Shown: piece after piece, positions 47,688-57,663 of the stretch
Position numbering within the stretch: the first letter of the stretch is position 1
How the letters are laid out: every line of letters starts with the position of its first letter
From: Candidatus Yonathbacteria bacterium RIFCSPHIGHO2_02_FULL_44_14
Lineage (GTDB): Bacteria; Patescibacteriota; Minisyncoccia; Phycocordibacterales; UBA1550
Direction of reading: 5' to 3'
DNA: 64,000 nt
Assembly: GCA_001823535.1 (NCBI GenBank)
Contig: MHUT01000006.1
Location: 27,631 to 91,630, forward strand
Position numbers and translations under genes: made by a program
The notes under the pieces: generated by a model
Seen by the model: only the letters and a program-made list of their open reading frames with translations
The model's database searches: none
What the model was told of the DNA's origin: nothing

Positions 47688-48404
47688 ATGGAGCCTCTTA
47701 CTTTCCCTATTCGCCTAAACCGCTACCTTGCCCACAAAGGTTATTCTACACGCCGTGGCGCCGATGAACTCATTACCAAAGGTTTGGTAAAAATAAATGG
47801 GAAAGTTGCTGTGCTCGGAGACAAAGTAGAGTCACCCGATGATATTGTTGAGGTCTCTGCAAAGGTCATCGCAAAGATTCTAGGCTCCTATCGCTACCTC
47901 GCCTACTATAAGCCACGCGGTATTTCTACCGACACGCAAACAGAGGGAGAAAGCATCAAGTCGTCTCTGCCAGCACTACGCGGACTCTTTCCTCTTGGTC
48001 GTCTCGACAAAGACTCGGAGGGCCTTGTAATCCTTACCAACGACGGGCGTTTGACTGACCGCGTGCTTTCTCCCGACCGCGTGCATGAAAAGGAATATTT
48101 AGTAAAAGTTGATAAAAAGATTACAGATACTTTTATTCGCCACCTTGAACGCGGTATTTTAATAGAAATATACAAAACGAGGCCCGCAAAGGCCCGTCGC
48201 GCAGGAGAAACACTTTTTCGTATTGTGCTTACCGAAGGCAAGAAGCACCAAATCCGCCGTATGTGCGCTGCCGAGGGTTATCAAGTCCTTGAACTCAAAC
48301 GGTTGCGTATTATGAATATAAAACTCGGCGATCTAAAAGAAGGCGCGTATCGAGATATCGCGAGCGAAGAACTCGAAACCCTCAAAAAAAGTATCGGATT
48401 GTGA
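47688..48404 (+). CDS. Pseudouridine synthase, RsuA/RluB family (S4 domain + catalytic domain)
   Basis: S4: RLNRYLAHKGYSTRRGADELI. Catalytic: LGRLDKDSEGLVILTNDG. Confidence 0.8.
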   Translation: MEPLTFPIRLNRYLAHKGYSTRRGADELITKGLVKINGKVAVLGDKVESPDDIVEVSAKVIAKILGSYRYLAYYKPRGISTDTQTEGESIKSSLPALRGLFPLGRLDKDSEGLVILTNDGRLTDRVLSPDRVHEKEYLVKVDKKITDTFIRHLERGILIEIYKTRPAKARRAGETLFRIVLTEGKKHQIRRMCAAEGYQVLELKRLRIMNIKLGDLKEGAYRDIASEELETLKKSIGL

Positions 48405-48758
48405 TTAAAAAAACAAGGCATGAACCACGAAGAACGCAGTCATCATAATCGCTGACAGTATACTTGACCATACTGCGATTAGTACTGCGCGTTCGAGCGA
48501 TTGAGTGCTTGCGGATGTCTTACGGCGAATAAGGAAGATAACCGTAAATAAAAAGATTGCAAGCGCACTTTTCCCAAGCCAATGATGCGCAAAAACAGTT
48601 TTCAGCGTATCCTTAAGTGGGCTCCACAATTCAGCGCCGATTGTGAGAATCGTAATTAGTACGGCAACCGCTGCAGTTCCTTCTGCTGCAGCACGCGCTC
48701 GAATTAGTAAATTGGTGTCTCGGACGTGAGTTGTCATCTTATGAGTAGATATTTTCAT
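48405..48758 (-). CDS. Hypothetical membrane protein (117 aa)
   Basis: Three TM helices. Confidence 0.4.
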   Translation of the reverse strand: MKISTHKMTTHVRDTNLLIRARAAAEGTAAVAVLITILTIGAELWSPLKDTLKTVFAHHWLGKSALAIFLFTVIFLIRRKTSASTQSLERAVLIAVWSSILSAIMMTAFFVVHALFF

Positions 48759-48770
48759 ATTGTATATATT

Positions 48771-49250
48771 TTATGAGCGCGCCGCGCCAGAAATGATGAT
48801 TCCCGCACCCGCAATAAATGCGCCAAAGAGGAGTATGGTGAGGGCGAGATTCCTCACCGCTTTTTTTATCTTATCGTCTTGCTGTTTTTCTAGCACTAGT
48901 ATTAAAAACCAAAGCGCAAGCGACATAAAAGGAAGCATAATAAAAATGTGCTCCTTTGCTTCCATGATTACTTGATGCGCCCACGGATATGCTCCCTTTA
49001 AAATTACCGGCTTCACTGCTTTACCATAATAAACAACGTAGTAATAGGCGCCACTCGCCCACGAGCCTAAAAAGCCTATTGTCGCCCATCCGGCAAGTGA
49101 GCGTAAATACTTCCATGATGGTGTTTTGCGCAGAAAATGCATGAACACAAGGTGTGTTAGTCCGATAGCCAGCACTCCAACGAGTACGTGAGCTATAAGT
49201 GCGTATGTAAGCGGTGCGGTCATAATGTTAATGTTCTTTGTGCGGTACAA
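48771..49250 (-). CDS. Hypothetical four-TM membrane protein (tandem paralog A)
   Basis: Hydrophobic profile. N-terminus YALIAHVLVGVLAIG resembles the next gene. Confidence 0.5.
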   Translation of the reverse strand: MYRTKNINIMTAPLTYALIAHVLVGVLAIGLTHLVFMHFLRKTPSWKYLRSLAGWATIGFLGSWASGAYYYVVYYGKAVKPVILKGAYPWAHQVIMEAKEHIFIMLPFMSLALWFLILVLEKQQDDKIKKAVRNLALTILLFGAFIAGAGIIISGAARS

Positions 49251-49737
49251 ACTTTTTGTGTATTAACTGCAAAATATAATACATTGTCACAACCGCAAGA
49301 GCGTATATACTGAATATCGTTACATATGATGAATTTACATCGCCGCGCGCGAAGACACCAAGAACGAGCGCAGCATACCACGAGGTGATAGAAACAGCAC
49401 TCCCCCACAAAAGAGGGATGAGGCGTAATTGCATAAGTACTGCGCTTGCGGACAAAATACCAATGACCGCAAACTTCGCCCACAGGGCAGAAGAGTACAA
49501 CAACTCTTCCGCACCTGACAATCTGTAGTAAAGTAGAAAACCAAAGCCAGAAAGAACGAGCAAAAAGAATCCGAGCCGCAAAACAGCATAGGTACTCTGC
49601 ATAAGCGCGTTTTCATCCGGAGAAATCTCGCCATCACGCTTCGCGTACACAAGATTTACTTCGGCAAATGTTGCGCCACCGACACCAAGGGCTACCCCTA
49701 CGATATGCGCGATAATGAGGATTGTGTACCAGTCCAT
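49228..49737 (-). CDS. Hypothetical four-TM membrane protein (tandem paralog B)
   Basis: ILIIAHIVGVALGVG N-terminus. Overlaps paralog A by 23 nt. Confidence 0.5.
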   Translation of the reverse strand: MDWYTILIIAHIVGVALGVGGATFAEVNLVYAKRDGEISPDENALMQSTYAVLRLGFFLLVLSGFGFLLYYRLSGAEELLYSSALWAKFAVIGILSASAVLMQLRLIPLLWGSAVSITSWYAALVLGVFARGDVNSSYVTIFSIYALAVVTMYYILQLIHKKFVPHKEH

Positions 49738-49757
49738 AATATACGCTTCATATTACA

Positions 49758-50186
49758 CTAAAATCCCTCGCTTGCCCAAATAGGGCTTTCTTTTGTCGAC
49801 ATTGCGAGCACTGCGTCGCGAAGTGATGTCGGAAAAACCACTGCATCACGAAGCTCGTCACGTGTGAGCCACGCAAATTCCAAATGGTCTTCTTGGCTTA
49901 CGCGACCACCGTCGCTTAATAGTACTACTTTAAAGACAAGATTTATTTCGTGAACCTCACCATTCTTCGTATGAAATTTATTTTCTGACGCGCCAAGAAA
50001 TCGCATTACTTCGCTTTCCTCACCCAATTCTTCCGCAATTTCCCGTACAAGCGCCTCGGGAGCGCTTTCACCTTCCTCAATATGCCCACCGGGAAAAAAC
50101 CAATTTGCGAGCCCTTTTCCACGACAAAGTAAAAATTTGCCATCTTCCTCTACCACCGCGCGCGCAATACATTCAATGTTTCGCAT
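49758..50186 (-). CDS. Nudix hydrolase
   Basis: Canonical Nudix box GGHIEEGESAPEALVREIAEELGEE. Confidence 0.85.
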   Translation of the reverse strand: MRNIECIARAVVEEDGKFLLCRGKGLANWFFPGGHIEEGESAPEALVREIAEELGEESEVMRFLGASENKFHTKNGEVHEINLVFKVVLLSDGGRVSQEDHLEFAWLTRDELRDAVVFPTSLRDAVLAMSTKESPIWASEGF

Positions 50187-50188
50187 AT

Positions 50189-50533
50189 TTAAAAGTAATT
50201 AAAAAATACCATTAGACCAATCACAATAGAAGTAGTGGCAACAACGAACACAAACCCGGCCATAATATCCTTTATTTTCCCAATTACCGGGTCGGTCTTC
50301 GGCTCAATTTTATTGCATAAGTCTTCGACCGCAGTGTTGACCATCTCGGCAGCGAGGACAGCGCCGATGCATCCAATGACGATTATCCATTCAAGCAGTG
50401 AGAAATCAAAATAACATGCGGAAACCAAAACAATAAGCGCAGTTGCGCACTCGATACGAAAGTTTACCTCTTCTTTCCATACAGTGCGGATGCCGTTCAT
50501 TGCCCACCCAAAGCTCTTGATCAACTTGTTCAT
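50189..50533 (-). CDS. dgkA: Diacylglycerol/undecaprenol kinase family protein
   Basis: Three TM helices with AAEMVNTAVEDL. Confidence 0.75.
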   Translation of the reverse strand: MNKLIKSFGWAMNGIRTVWKEEVNFRIECATALIVLVSACYFDFSLLEWIIVIGCIGAVLAAEMVNTAVEDLCNKIEPKTDPVIGKIKDIMAGFVFVVATTSIVIGLMVFFNYF

Positions 50534-50558
50534 CCTTTCATTATACCACGAAGCCTGC

Positions 50559-50945
50559 TTATTTTTGTTTTCCCTCCCACTGTGCCACTTCTTGCTCGTT
50601 CATGCCAAGATAGTGTGCAACTTCGTGAAAAACTGTTTCGTGGACGATTGCTCGCACTCGCACAAGGTCACCGTTTGCGCTCCTTTCTGTTGGACCTTGA
50701 AACACAACGATAACATCGGGGAGCGTCATCCCTATGCCGTAATTATCTCCACGCTCAATAAGAGGCACACCTCTATATAACCCAAGGAGGTCCTGTCCGA
50801 ATGCTAAGTGATTTTCCGTACGTGTCTCAGCGGAAGTTTCCTCCTCAACCGTAAAAACAACATTTTTTATCTTATGCTGAAACTGTTCTGGTACTTTTGC
50901 AAGTTCATCAATAACAATTTGTTCGAATTCTTCGCGGGGTATCAT
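50559..50945 (-). CDS. Small zincin-like metallopeptidase family protein
   Basis: HETVFHEVAHYLGMNE (HExxH plus downstream E) in a ~128-aa protein. Confidence 0.5.
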   Translation of the reverse strand: MIPREEFEQIVIDELAKVPEQFQHKIKNVVFTVEEETSAETRTENHLAFGQDLLGLYRGVPLIERGDNYGIGMTLPDVIVVFQGPTERSANGDLVRVRAIVHETVFHEVAHYLGMNEQEVAQWEGKQK

Positions 50946-50988
50946 TGTGTGAAAAGTATATCATTACCATTGTGCATTAAAAACCCGT

Positions 50989-51825
50989 TTACAAATTATT
51001 AAGAAAAAATTCCATAATCTTTTTCTGGTATGCATCATCAAACTGGCCATGAGAAAGATTTTCTTGAAACCAAAAGTTTGCGCGAGGATTATTTTTAAAT
51101 GCATCCTGAAGCAGGAGCGCATGTTTAAATGGAATCATCTCATCGTTTTTGGAGTGAATGATGAGAATTGGGATTTGAATATTTTTTGCCGCTTCCACGG
51201 GAGAAGCCTTGCTTATATCGATACCAAGAAACAATTTCGTCCAAAGCTCGGTGAGCCACGCGAGCGGATAATCGAGCAGCGATAGACGATAAAGCTCGCG
51301 TGCCATCAAATCTAATCTCGCATAGCTCGCCTCAGAAACAACAGCCTTAATCTCCGGTCTTTGTGAAGCAGCCATGAGTCCAACAGCCCCGCCCATAGAA
51401 AATCCCCATACGCCGACCTCATTAATACCGCGTGATTTCAGATATTCCATCGCGGAAGCAAAGTCTGCTGATTCTTTCGCGCCCGCTGTGGAATATGATC
51501 CCCCACTCTGTCCAAAGTGGCGGAAATCAAACAAGAAGAGATTATATTTCTCGTTCAAAAACACAAGCGCGGGCAAAATGTCCCCTTTGTCGGCAGGGTA
51601 TCCATGGAGAAGCACTATGGTTTTTGCATCCGTGCTTTTGTTTGGGATAAACCAGCCTGACAGAGCAAGTCCGTCTGCTGTTTTTAAAGCTACTTCTTCG
51701 TAATCAAGACCAAGCTCCTTTGGTGTGACCGTTGAAATTATTTTTGGCGGGCGAATCGACATATAAAAGCCCCACAATGAAGTAATCAGAAGAAATAGAA
51801 CTAGAGTGAAGAAGATAACTTTCAT
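50989..51825 (-). CDS. Secreted or membrane-anchored alpha/beta hydrolase
   Basis: Signal/TM N-terminus; GFSMGG nucleophile elbow; later D and H. Confidence 0.7.
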   Translation of the reverse strand: MKVIFFTLVLFLLITSLWGFYMSIRPPKIISTVTPKELGLDYEEVALKTADGLALSGWFIPNKSTDAKTIVLLHGYPADKGDILPALVFLNEKYNLFLFDFRHFGQSGGSYSTAGAKESADFASAMEYLKSRGINEVGVWGFSMGGAVGLMAASQRPEIKAVVSEASYARLDLMARELYRLSLLDYPLAWLTELWTKLFLGIDISKASPVEAAKNIQIPILIIHSKNDEMIPFKHALLLQDAFKNNPRANFWFQENLSHGQFDDAYQKKIMEFFLNNL

Positions 51826-54548
51826 TGCAGTGATTTTTGGCGGAACGTCGGTGTGCTCCGTGTACGATATGCAAATTTCCGTATTTCCTCAACAATAATG
51901 ATTGAAGAAGCGACTGCAAGAATCATCCCCCATTCCGCAAGTGATAGGGGAACAGTATGTAAAAGTTTTTGCCCAACGCTCGTATACAGTGCGCTTATCT
52001 GGAGCATGACTACTATCGCTGTCGCGCCAAGGAGAAATAAATTAGAAAAAGGATTCATTTGACATATAGACAAACGCTCAGACCGACAATTCCACACATT
52101 GAACCACTGAAATACCGCGAGGAGTGTAAGGGATATTGTCCATGCCTTTGCAGAATCTCCTGCCTCATATCCACTAAAGAGGTATAATGTGCCGACTGCC
52201 ATCACGCTCGCCATTATCACGATGCGTGTTATCATCAGCCGGTCAACAAGGCGACGCGATTCCTTCGTGCGCGGTTCAACCAAAAGACCTTTTTCTTTTG
52301 GTTCCATTGCAAGTGCTGTGTCCAAAAAACCATCAGTAACAAAGTTGAGCCAAATGATTTGTGCCGGCAAGATAGGGACCATGTAGCCCAGAATTATCGC
52401 ACCAGCGATTGTCAAAACCTCTCCCGCACTCGTGGAAAACAAATAGAGAATGACTTTCTTGATTGTTTTATAAATACTACGTCCTTCCTCGACTGCAGAA
52501 ATTATGCTTCCAATGTTGTCATCCAAAAGAATGATATCTGACGCTTCTTTTGCTACTTCTGTGCCGATGCGGCCCATCGCAACGCCAAGATCTGCCGCAG
52601 ACAAGGACGGCGCGTCATTTACACCGTCCCCAGTCATTGCTATGATATTTCCATTTTCTTTATATGCGCGAATAATGCGGAGTTTGTGTTCAGGTGTCAC
52701 ACGCGCGAAAACAGAAACATTTGAAATTGCGCGAGCGAGGTCTTTGTCGGACAGAAGCTCAATTTCTCCCCCGCTCATAATCTTGTCTCCTGCATTATAA
52801 ATACCCGCCTCCAGAGCAATCGCGTGCGCAGTAATGCGATGGTCCCCAGTAATCATCACAGTACGGATTCCCGCATCACGTGCGTATAAAACGGTACTCG
52901 CAACTTCAGTGCGCAGTGCATCACGCATCGCAAGGAACCCGACAAATGTCGCACGTGGCGGGTTCCCCGCACTCGGTAAGTTCTCGCTTCCGGCAGACAT
53001 AGCAAGCGCGATGACACGAAGTCCTTCCTTTGAAAGCGACGTGAGCACAGATTCTATAAATTCTCGACTTTTCGTATCAAGTGGCACGCTCGCGCCATTT
53101 CTCCATATCGTATCGCAAAAATCAAGAATAATTTCAGGAGCGCCAGACAGCGACAAGACATTCGTGTCCCCGACCTTATGCAACACCGCGTGATATTTAA
53201 GCGTATAATCAAACGGCATTTCTGAAACAAGCGGCGACTCTTGCTCGAGAATATTTTTGTGAAATCCAAGCTTCTGCGATAAAACAAGCATCGCCGCTTC
53301 AGTGGGATCACCCGAGAGGTTCCACTGATTGTGTTCCTCGTTCCATACCACGTGTGCATTTGCAGAAAGAGCGGAAATTTTTCCGATGAGCAAAAGTTCC
53401 TGGTGGTTCGCTATGTCCACCATATCGCCCGCAATATGCACATCGCCGCGCGGATCGTATCCGATACCGCCTATTTCAAAAAACCTGCCATCCGTGTAAA
53501 CTTTTTGAACTACCATCTCGTTTTTTGTAAGTGTGCCCGTCTTGTCGACCGCAAGAATATCCACCTGCCCAAGTGCCTCCACCGCATGCATTTTTTTCAC
53601 GAGCGCATTTTGTTTGCCCATTCGCCACACACCTGTTGCCAAAACAAGCGTCAGCACAATCGGAAGCCCTTCTGGAACAATTGAGACCAAGAGAGATACA
53701 ACGGTAAGGAACATTTCTCCGGATTCCTTCCCCATAATGATACCGAGGGCAAAAAGCAAAAGGGAAATACCCGCTGCAACAAAAATAATCAAGTGCGCGA
53801 GTTTCTCAATGTTTGCTTTGAGTGGTACATCGCTGCCAATTGCGACAATCTCTCTCGCGATGAGACCTATCTCTGTATCGAGACCAGTTCCAATGACAAT
53901 AGCTCTTCCTGTGCCAGTCGCAATATGAGTACCCTTAAAAAGTATATTGCGTCTATCAGCGACGGGAAGTGTTTCCTCAGATATCGTATCTGTTATCTTG
54001 CGCACCGTGGTCGACTCCCCAGTAAGCGCCGCTTCGTCTACGCGCAAGTGTAGAACTGAAATAAGTCTCGCATCTGCCGGTACCCGCTCACCTTCTTGCA
54101 CGATTATTATGTCTCCGGGAACGATTTCCTCATCAGAAACGATTACTTCTTTTCCATCGCGTAAAACGGTGGCGTTGGTTTCGACAAATTTTCGAAGACT
54201 CGCCAGTGTGTTTTGTGCGCGTCCTTCTTGTATTGTTCCAACAATTGCATTGAATACAAGAACAGCAAGAATAATAAAAGTGTCTGAAGTTTCTCCAACC
54301 AAAAGTACCGCTCCTGCCGCCGCGAAAAGAATATAAATGAGAGGGCTTTGAAACTGTCGCAAAAAAACAAATATTAAATTGTCTGATTTTGCCTCAGGAA
54401 GTTTGTTCCCACCATATTTTTGAAGGCGGAGTAATGCCTCAGAGGTGCTTAATCCACTTACGTCCGTTCCAAGCAGATTAAAAACATCCTCAACCGACTG
54501 CGTGTGCCACACTGGTCGCTCATCATTGTTCCCGTTCATTACTTTCAT
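51822..54548 (-). CDS. P-type cation-transporting ATPase (P2-type, Ca2+/cation)
   Basis: DKTGTLT, TGES, TGDGVNDAPSL, ten TM segments. 908 aa. Confidence 0.9.
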   Translation of the reverse strand: MKVMNGNNDERPVWHTQSVEDVFNLLGTDVSGLSTSEALLRLQKYGGNKLPEAKSDNLIFVFLRQFQSPLIYILFAAAGAVLLVGETSDTFIILAVLVFNAIVGTIQEGRAQNTLASLRKFVETNATVLRDGKEVIVSDEEIVPGDIIIVQEGERVPADARLISVLHLRVDEAALTGESTTVRKITDTISEETLPVADRRNILFKGTHIATGTGRAIVIGTGLDTEIGLIAREIVAIGSDVPLKANIEKLAHLIIFVAAGISLLLFALGIIMGKESGEMFLTVVSLLVSIVPEGLPIVLTLVLATGVWRMGKQNALVKKMHAVEALGQVDILAVDKTGTLTKNEMVVQKVYTDGRFFEIGGIGYDPRGDVHIAGDMVDIANHQELLLIGKISALSANAHVVWNEEHNQWNLSGDPTEAAMLVLSQKLGFHKNILEQESPLVSEMPFDYTLKYHAVLHKVGDTNVLSLSGAPEIILDFCDTIWRNGASVPLDTKSREFIESVLTSLSKEGLRVIALAMSAGSENLPSAGNPPRATFVGFLAMRDALRTEVASTVLYARDAGIRTVMITGDHRITAHAIALEAGIYNAGDKIMSGGEIELLSDKDLARAISNVSVFARVTPEHKLRIIRAYKENGNIIAMTGDGVNDAPSLSAADLGVAMGRIGTEVAKEASDIILLDDNIGSIISAVEEGRSIYKTIKKVILYLFSTSAGEVLTIAGAIILGYMVPILPAQIIWLNFVTDGFLDTALAMEPKEKGLLVEPRTKESRRLVDRLMITRIVIMASVMAVGTLYLFSGYEAGDSAKAWTISLTLLAVFQWFNVWNCRSERLSICQMNPFSNLFLLGATAIVVMLQISALYTSVGQKLLHTVPLSLAEWGMILAVASSIIIVEEIRKFAYRTRSTPTFRQKSLQ

Positions 54549-54563
54549 TGTATCAAATTATAC

Positions 54564-55016
54564 TTAAGAAGTTTTCAAAATATTTGTAACGTAATCAATA
54601 ACCGCTTCACCGTGTCTTTCAGGTTCTACGTTTTCCCAAACATGCACTACCGTGCCCTCTTCATCTACTAAAAATGTTGTTCGTGCGACGCCGGTGATTG
54701 ACCAAACTCCAAGAGCATTTAAAAGTTCGTGCTTTGTATCTGCCCAAAGTGGGAACTGAAGCTCATGATGTTGAGCAAATTTTTTGTGCGACTCTTCATC
54801 ATCAGGGCTAATACCCACTACTGCGACCCCAAGCGCTTTAAACTCTCCGTACACATCCCGAATACTGCATGCTTCTTTTACGCACCCTGGAGTCTCGTCC
54901 ATTGGATATGCGTATAAGACTGCATAAGAACCGAGAAAGTCGCGTAACGAAACAGATAAACCATTCTGGTCCAAAACTTTAATATCGAGTGGCGCCTTTC
55001 CTCCTGTTTTTATCAT
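54564..55016 (-). CDS. bcp: Thiol peroxidase Bcp (peroxiredoxin)
   Basis: YPMDETPGCVKEAC peroxidatic Cys motif. Confidence 0.85.
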   Translation of the reverse strand: MIKTGGKAPLDIKVLDQNGLSVSLRDFLGSYAVLYAYPMDETPGCVKEACSIRDVYGEFKALGVAVVGISPDDEESHKKFAQHHELQFPLWADTKHELLNALGVWSITGVARTTFLVDEEGTVVHVWENVEPERHGEAVIDYVTNILKTS

Positions 55017-55052
55017 TATCTAAGTATACCACTACAATAAGTATCGCAATGC

Positions 55053-55313
55053 CTATTTTGAATTTTCCTGTGTATTAATGAAATTCAGCTTTTCTTCGCG
55101 TGACCACCTCTTGAATTCTGCTTCACGGGCACGAGCAGTCGCAAAGTCAGGCACCTCTTCTGAGTATTTCAAAACAACCGGGCGTCGGATTTTGGTGTAA
55201 TGTGCGCCACTTTTTAGATTATTGTGCTCGTACAACCTTTTCCCAAGATTGTTTGTACTACCGACATAAAGCGTCCCATCTGCGCATTCTAAAATATACA
55301 CAAAATAAGACAT
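55053..55313 (-). CDS. GIY-YIG nuclease family protein (UPF0213-like)
   Basis: YFVYILECADGTLYVGSTNNLGKRLYEH. Confidence 0.8.
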   Translation of the reverse strand: MSYFVYILECADGTLYVGSTNNLGKRLYEHNNLKSGAHYTKIRRPVVLKYSEEVPDFATARAREAEFKRWSREEKLNFINTQENSK

Positions 55314-55325
55314 GAAAACATAATT

Positions 55326-55736
55326 TTACCTCAACCCGTGCTCACGGAAGCATTCGACGTACTTTCGATCTAGTCCTAAAATATGCCCTGTCCACCATTC
55401 TCCCAAAAAATCCATCAATTCAAAAGGCAAAGCAACTTCGTTGTTGAGATAGTCATTTTTAAATTTAACAATCATCTTCCGAGCTTCATCATGGGACTTT
55501 ATGTGTTCTGCTCTATCTTTATAGTCAAACTGTTCAAAATATTTCTCTTCTGTCGCAAAATGATAGTCCGCCCACTCGCTAAGTTCCTCAAGGATTGTTT
55601 TCAAGTCTTCATTTTCGGTCGATGCTTGCATTGCATGATAAAGTTTATTGATGATCCCAGCCATCTTTTGATGTTGTGCATCAATTTCTGCAATATCGAG
55701 GCGATATACATCGCTCCACATGAGTAAATCTTTCAT
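55326..55736 (-). CDS. Hemerythrin-like metal-binding protein
   Basis: H..H...E / H...D di-iron ligand spacing (IDAQHQKM, HFATEEKYF, HIKSHDEA). Confidence 0.7.
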   Translation of the reverse strand: MKDLLMWSDVYRLDIAEIDAQHQKMAGIINKLYHAMQASTENEDLKTILEELSEWADYHFATEEKYFEQFDYKDRAEHIKSHDEARKMIVKFKNDYLNNEVALPFELMDFLGEWWTGHILGLDRKYVECFREHGLR

Positions 55737-55831
55737 GATAAATATCCATTAATCAATTAGTACGTTTATTATATCATTTTTTAAAAAAATTCACGGTCAA
55801 CTCTGGCTCACCAAGGACTACCCTTGGTAAT

Positions 55832-57331
55832 TTATAGCATTCTGTACAGCTTGTCCCATATTGCGTACATCGCGTAGGTGTCTTGCCCGCAATAAATTTT
55901 TAGATGTTTTGAGATATGCTCGCTAGTTTCTAGTGGAGTTTTTTTGTCGGTCATCTCCCACCAGGAATTTGATGCTTGCCCACCCTCTTTGATAACGAGG
56001 CTGTCGTACGACAAATCAACAAGCGCAGGTAGAACTTTTTTAATTGAGGTGCTTCCTTTAAATTTTGGATGCACAAAATGCTGTTTCTTGAAAACATCCA
56101 TTAGGTCGTAGAGCATATTATTTATACGCTCCATCGTGGCTTTGTGCTCTGGCAAGCGCTCACCGAGCTCGCGGTTTACTCCAGCCTCAAAGGATTTATT
56201 CCACGCAATCACTGTCCCCTTCGGTCCAATATTTTTTTCGAGAAGCTTTGCCACAGCATCCGAAGGGTCACTCCGCTTTTCATGAAGATACTCAATGTGA
56301 GACATTTTGTCACCTGGTTTTTCAAGAATGTGAAGTGAAAACTGAAATGGGATCCTTTGGTATGGGCGAAAACCATCAAACGCTGGTATCGCAGGAGCGT
56401 ATGTTTCGTAGTCAAAAAAGTAAAGCGGGAACACAAGGTCTTTTATTTCTTCACTAATTCCCACCATATCAATCATTGGTTTCTGTCTGCGATGCACGGT
56501 AATTTGGTTTACCTGAACATCAGAAAGCTCCATACCCTCGGGGATGTCCAGCATGTTGAAAATTTTTCCATCCACAAGTGTTGCAAGTTTCTTTTTGCTC
56601 GTTCCAATGCGTGAAATATCATGAACCGAGTAGCTCGGAACTTCAGGGTTTGAATATGCAAATGTCGTGCAGTGACGGCTTCGCCCATTATAAATACATT
56701 CACATCCACCAGATGGCTCTTTTTTGTTATTTAAATATTCCTTAGCAGTTTTCATCTGTTCCTCCACAAGCGCGAGACCTGCGGTAACTGCTTCTGTCTG
56801 GTCCTCAATCAAAAATAGCTCTTCTGTATTAAGCGCGCCAAAACGAACATAATCTTTGTTTAGATGCACAAGGAAATATTTTCCCATAGGCACATCCGCG
56901 CGAGAAAGCACCGACTCCTGAAACGTGAGGTCATCAATATGGTTGTGGTCAGTCCCGCCCTCCTTGAGCGAGTTTGTGCCCTTTATTTCATACAAGTCCC
57001 AACAGCTTTCTTTTTCATTCCAAACAAGCGCGTCATTTCGCGCAATGAAACCATCCTCAATAAATGTTGCTTGAAAAATACACGGGGTACGTTCCTCCAT
57101 TAGCTCACGTGTTTTTTCTACGGCCTCCTCACCCCTTTCCAAAACCTCCACCCCTCCAGCAAATATGGAGAGCTTGTGAGCCTCGGCTTCCACCTCGTTT
57201 CCTTGCTCCATCAAGTTCTGCTCAAAAGCTGAAAGCTCAAACTTCTCCAAGAGTTCAGGCTTGTGGAGCTTAAGCCAAGTATTCTTCGGACAGAAAACAT
57301 AATCAAGAAAAATTGTTTTGGAGATGATCAT
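55832..57331 (-). CDS. Predicted nuclease: N-terminal PD-(D/E)xK/Cas4-like domain with Cys cluster, C-terminal DnaQ-like (DUF2779-type) domain
   Basis: DLYEIKG (ExK), CPKNTW...CECIYNGRSRHC cysteines, YFFDYETYAPAIP (DxE) and CGQDTYAMYAIW. Family assignment from memory of DUF2779 architecture. Confidence 0.5.
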   Translation of the reverse strand: MIISKTIFLDYVFCPKNTWLKLHKPELLEKFELSAFEQNLMEQGNEVEAEAHKLSIFAGGVEVLERGEEAVEKTRELMEERTPCIFQATFIEDGFIARNDALVWNEKESCWDLYEIKGTNSLKEGGTDHNHIDDLTFQESVLSRADVPMGKYFLVHLNKDYVRFGALNTEELFLIEDQTEAVTAGLALVEEQMKTAKEYLNNKKEPSGGCECIYNGRSRHCTTFAYSNPEVPSYSVHDISRIGTSKKKLATLVDGKIFNMLDIPEGMELSDVQVNQITVHRRQKPMIDMVGISEEIKDLVFPLYFFDYETYAPAIPAFDGFRPYQRIPFQFSLHILEKPGDKMSHIEYLHEKRSDPSDAVAKLLEKNIGPKGTVIAWNKSFEAGVNRELGERLPEHKATMERINNMLYDLMDVFKKQHFVHPKFKGSTSIKKVLPALVDLSYDSLVIKEGGQASNSWWEMTDKKTPLETSEHISKHLKIYCGQDTYAMYAIWDKLYRML

Positions 57332-57382
57332 TACTGACTATTCTACCATAAACTTAAAAACACCAGCATGGTGTTTTTAAGT

Positions 57383-57589
57383 TTAGTCGGAGTTTCTTGG
57401 CAACCAATCCATGAGTTTTTTGCGATGTTGGTCGAGGGACCAGAGTTCACCGTGCGTAAAAAGCGCCGTATGCGCATCCCTAAACTTTTGAAGAAGGGTC
57501 GCAGTAGCACGAGGCCAACCAGTAGGCATGTTTTTGTTGTAGGATTCCAAAAACTCAGAAACAGGAATCAAAACAGGCGTTTCCTTCAT
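57383..57589 (-). CDS. Hypothetical small protein. Start taken at the internal ATG (MKETPV...).
   Basis: ORF only; the N-terminal extension looks non-coding. Confidence 0.3.
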   Translation of the reverse strand: MKETPVLIPVSEFLESYNKNMPTGWPRATATLLQKFRDAHTALFTHGELWSLDQHRKKLMDWLPRNSD

Positions 57590-57663
57590 ATTTTTCTTTT
57601 GACCAAGCATAATATGCATGATAACACAAAAAACACAGAAAAACAAGGTTCTAGAATACACTA

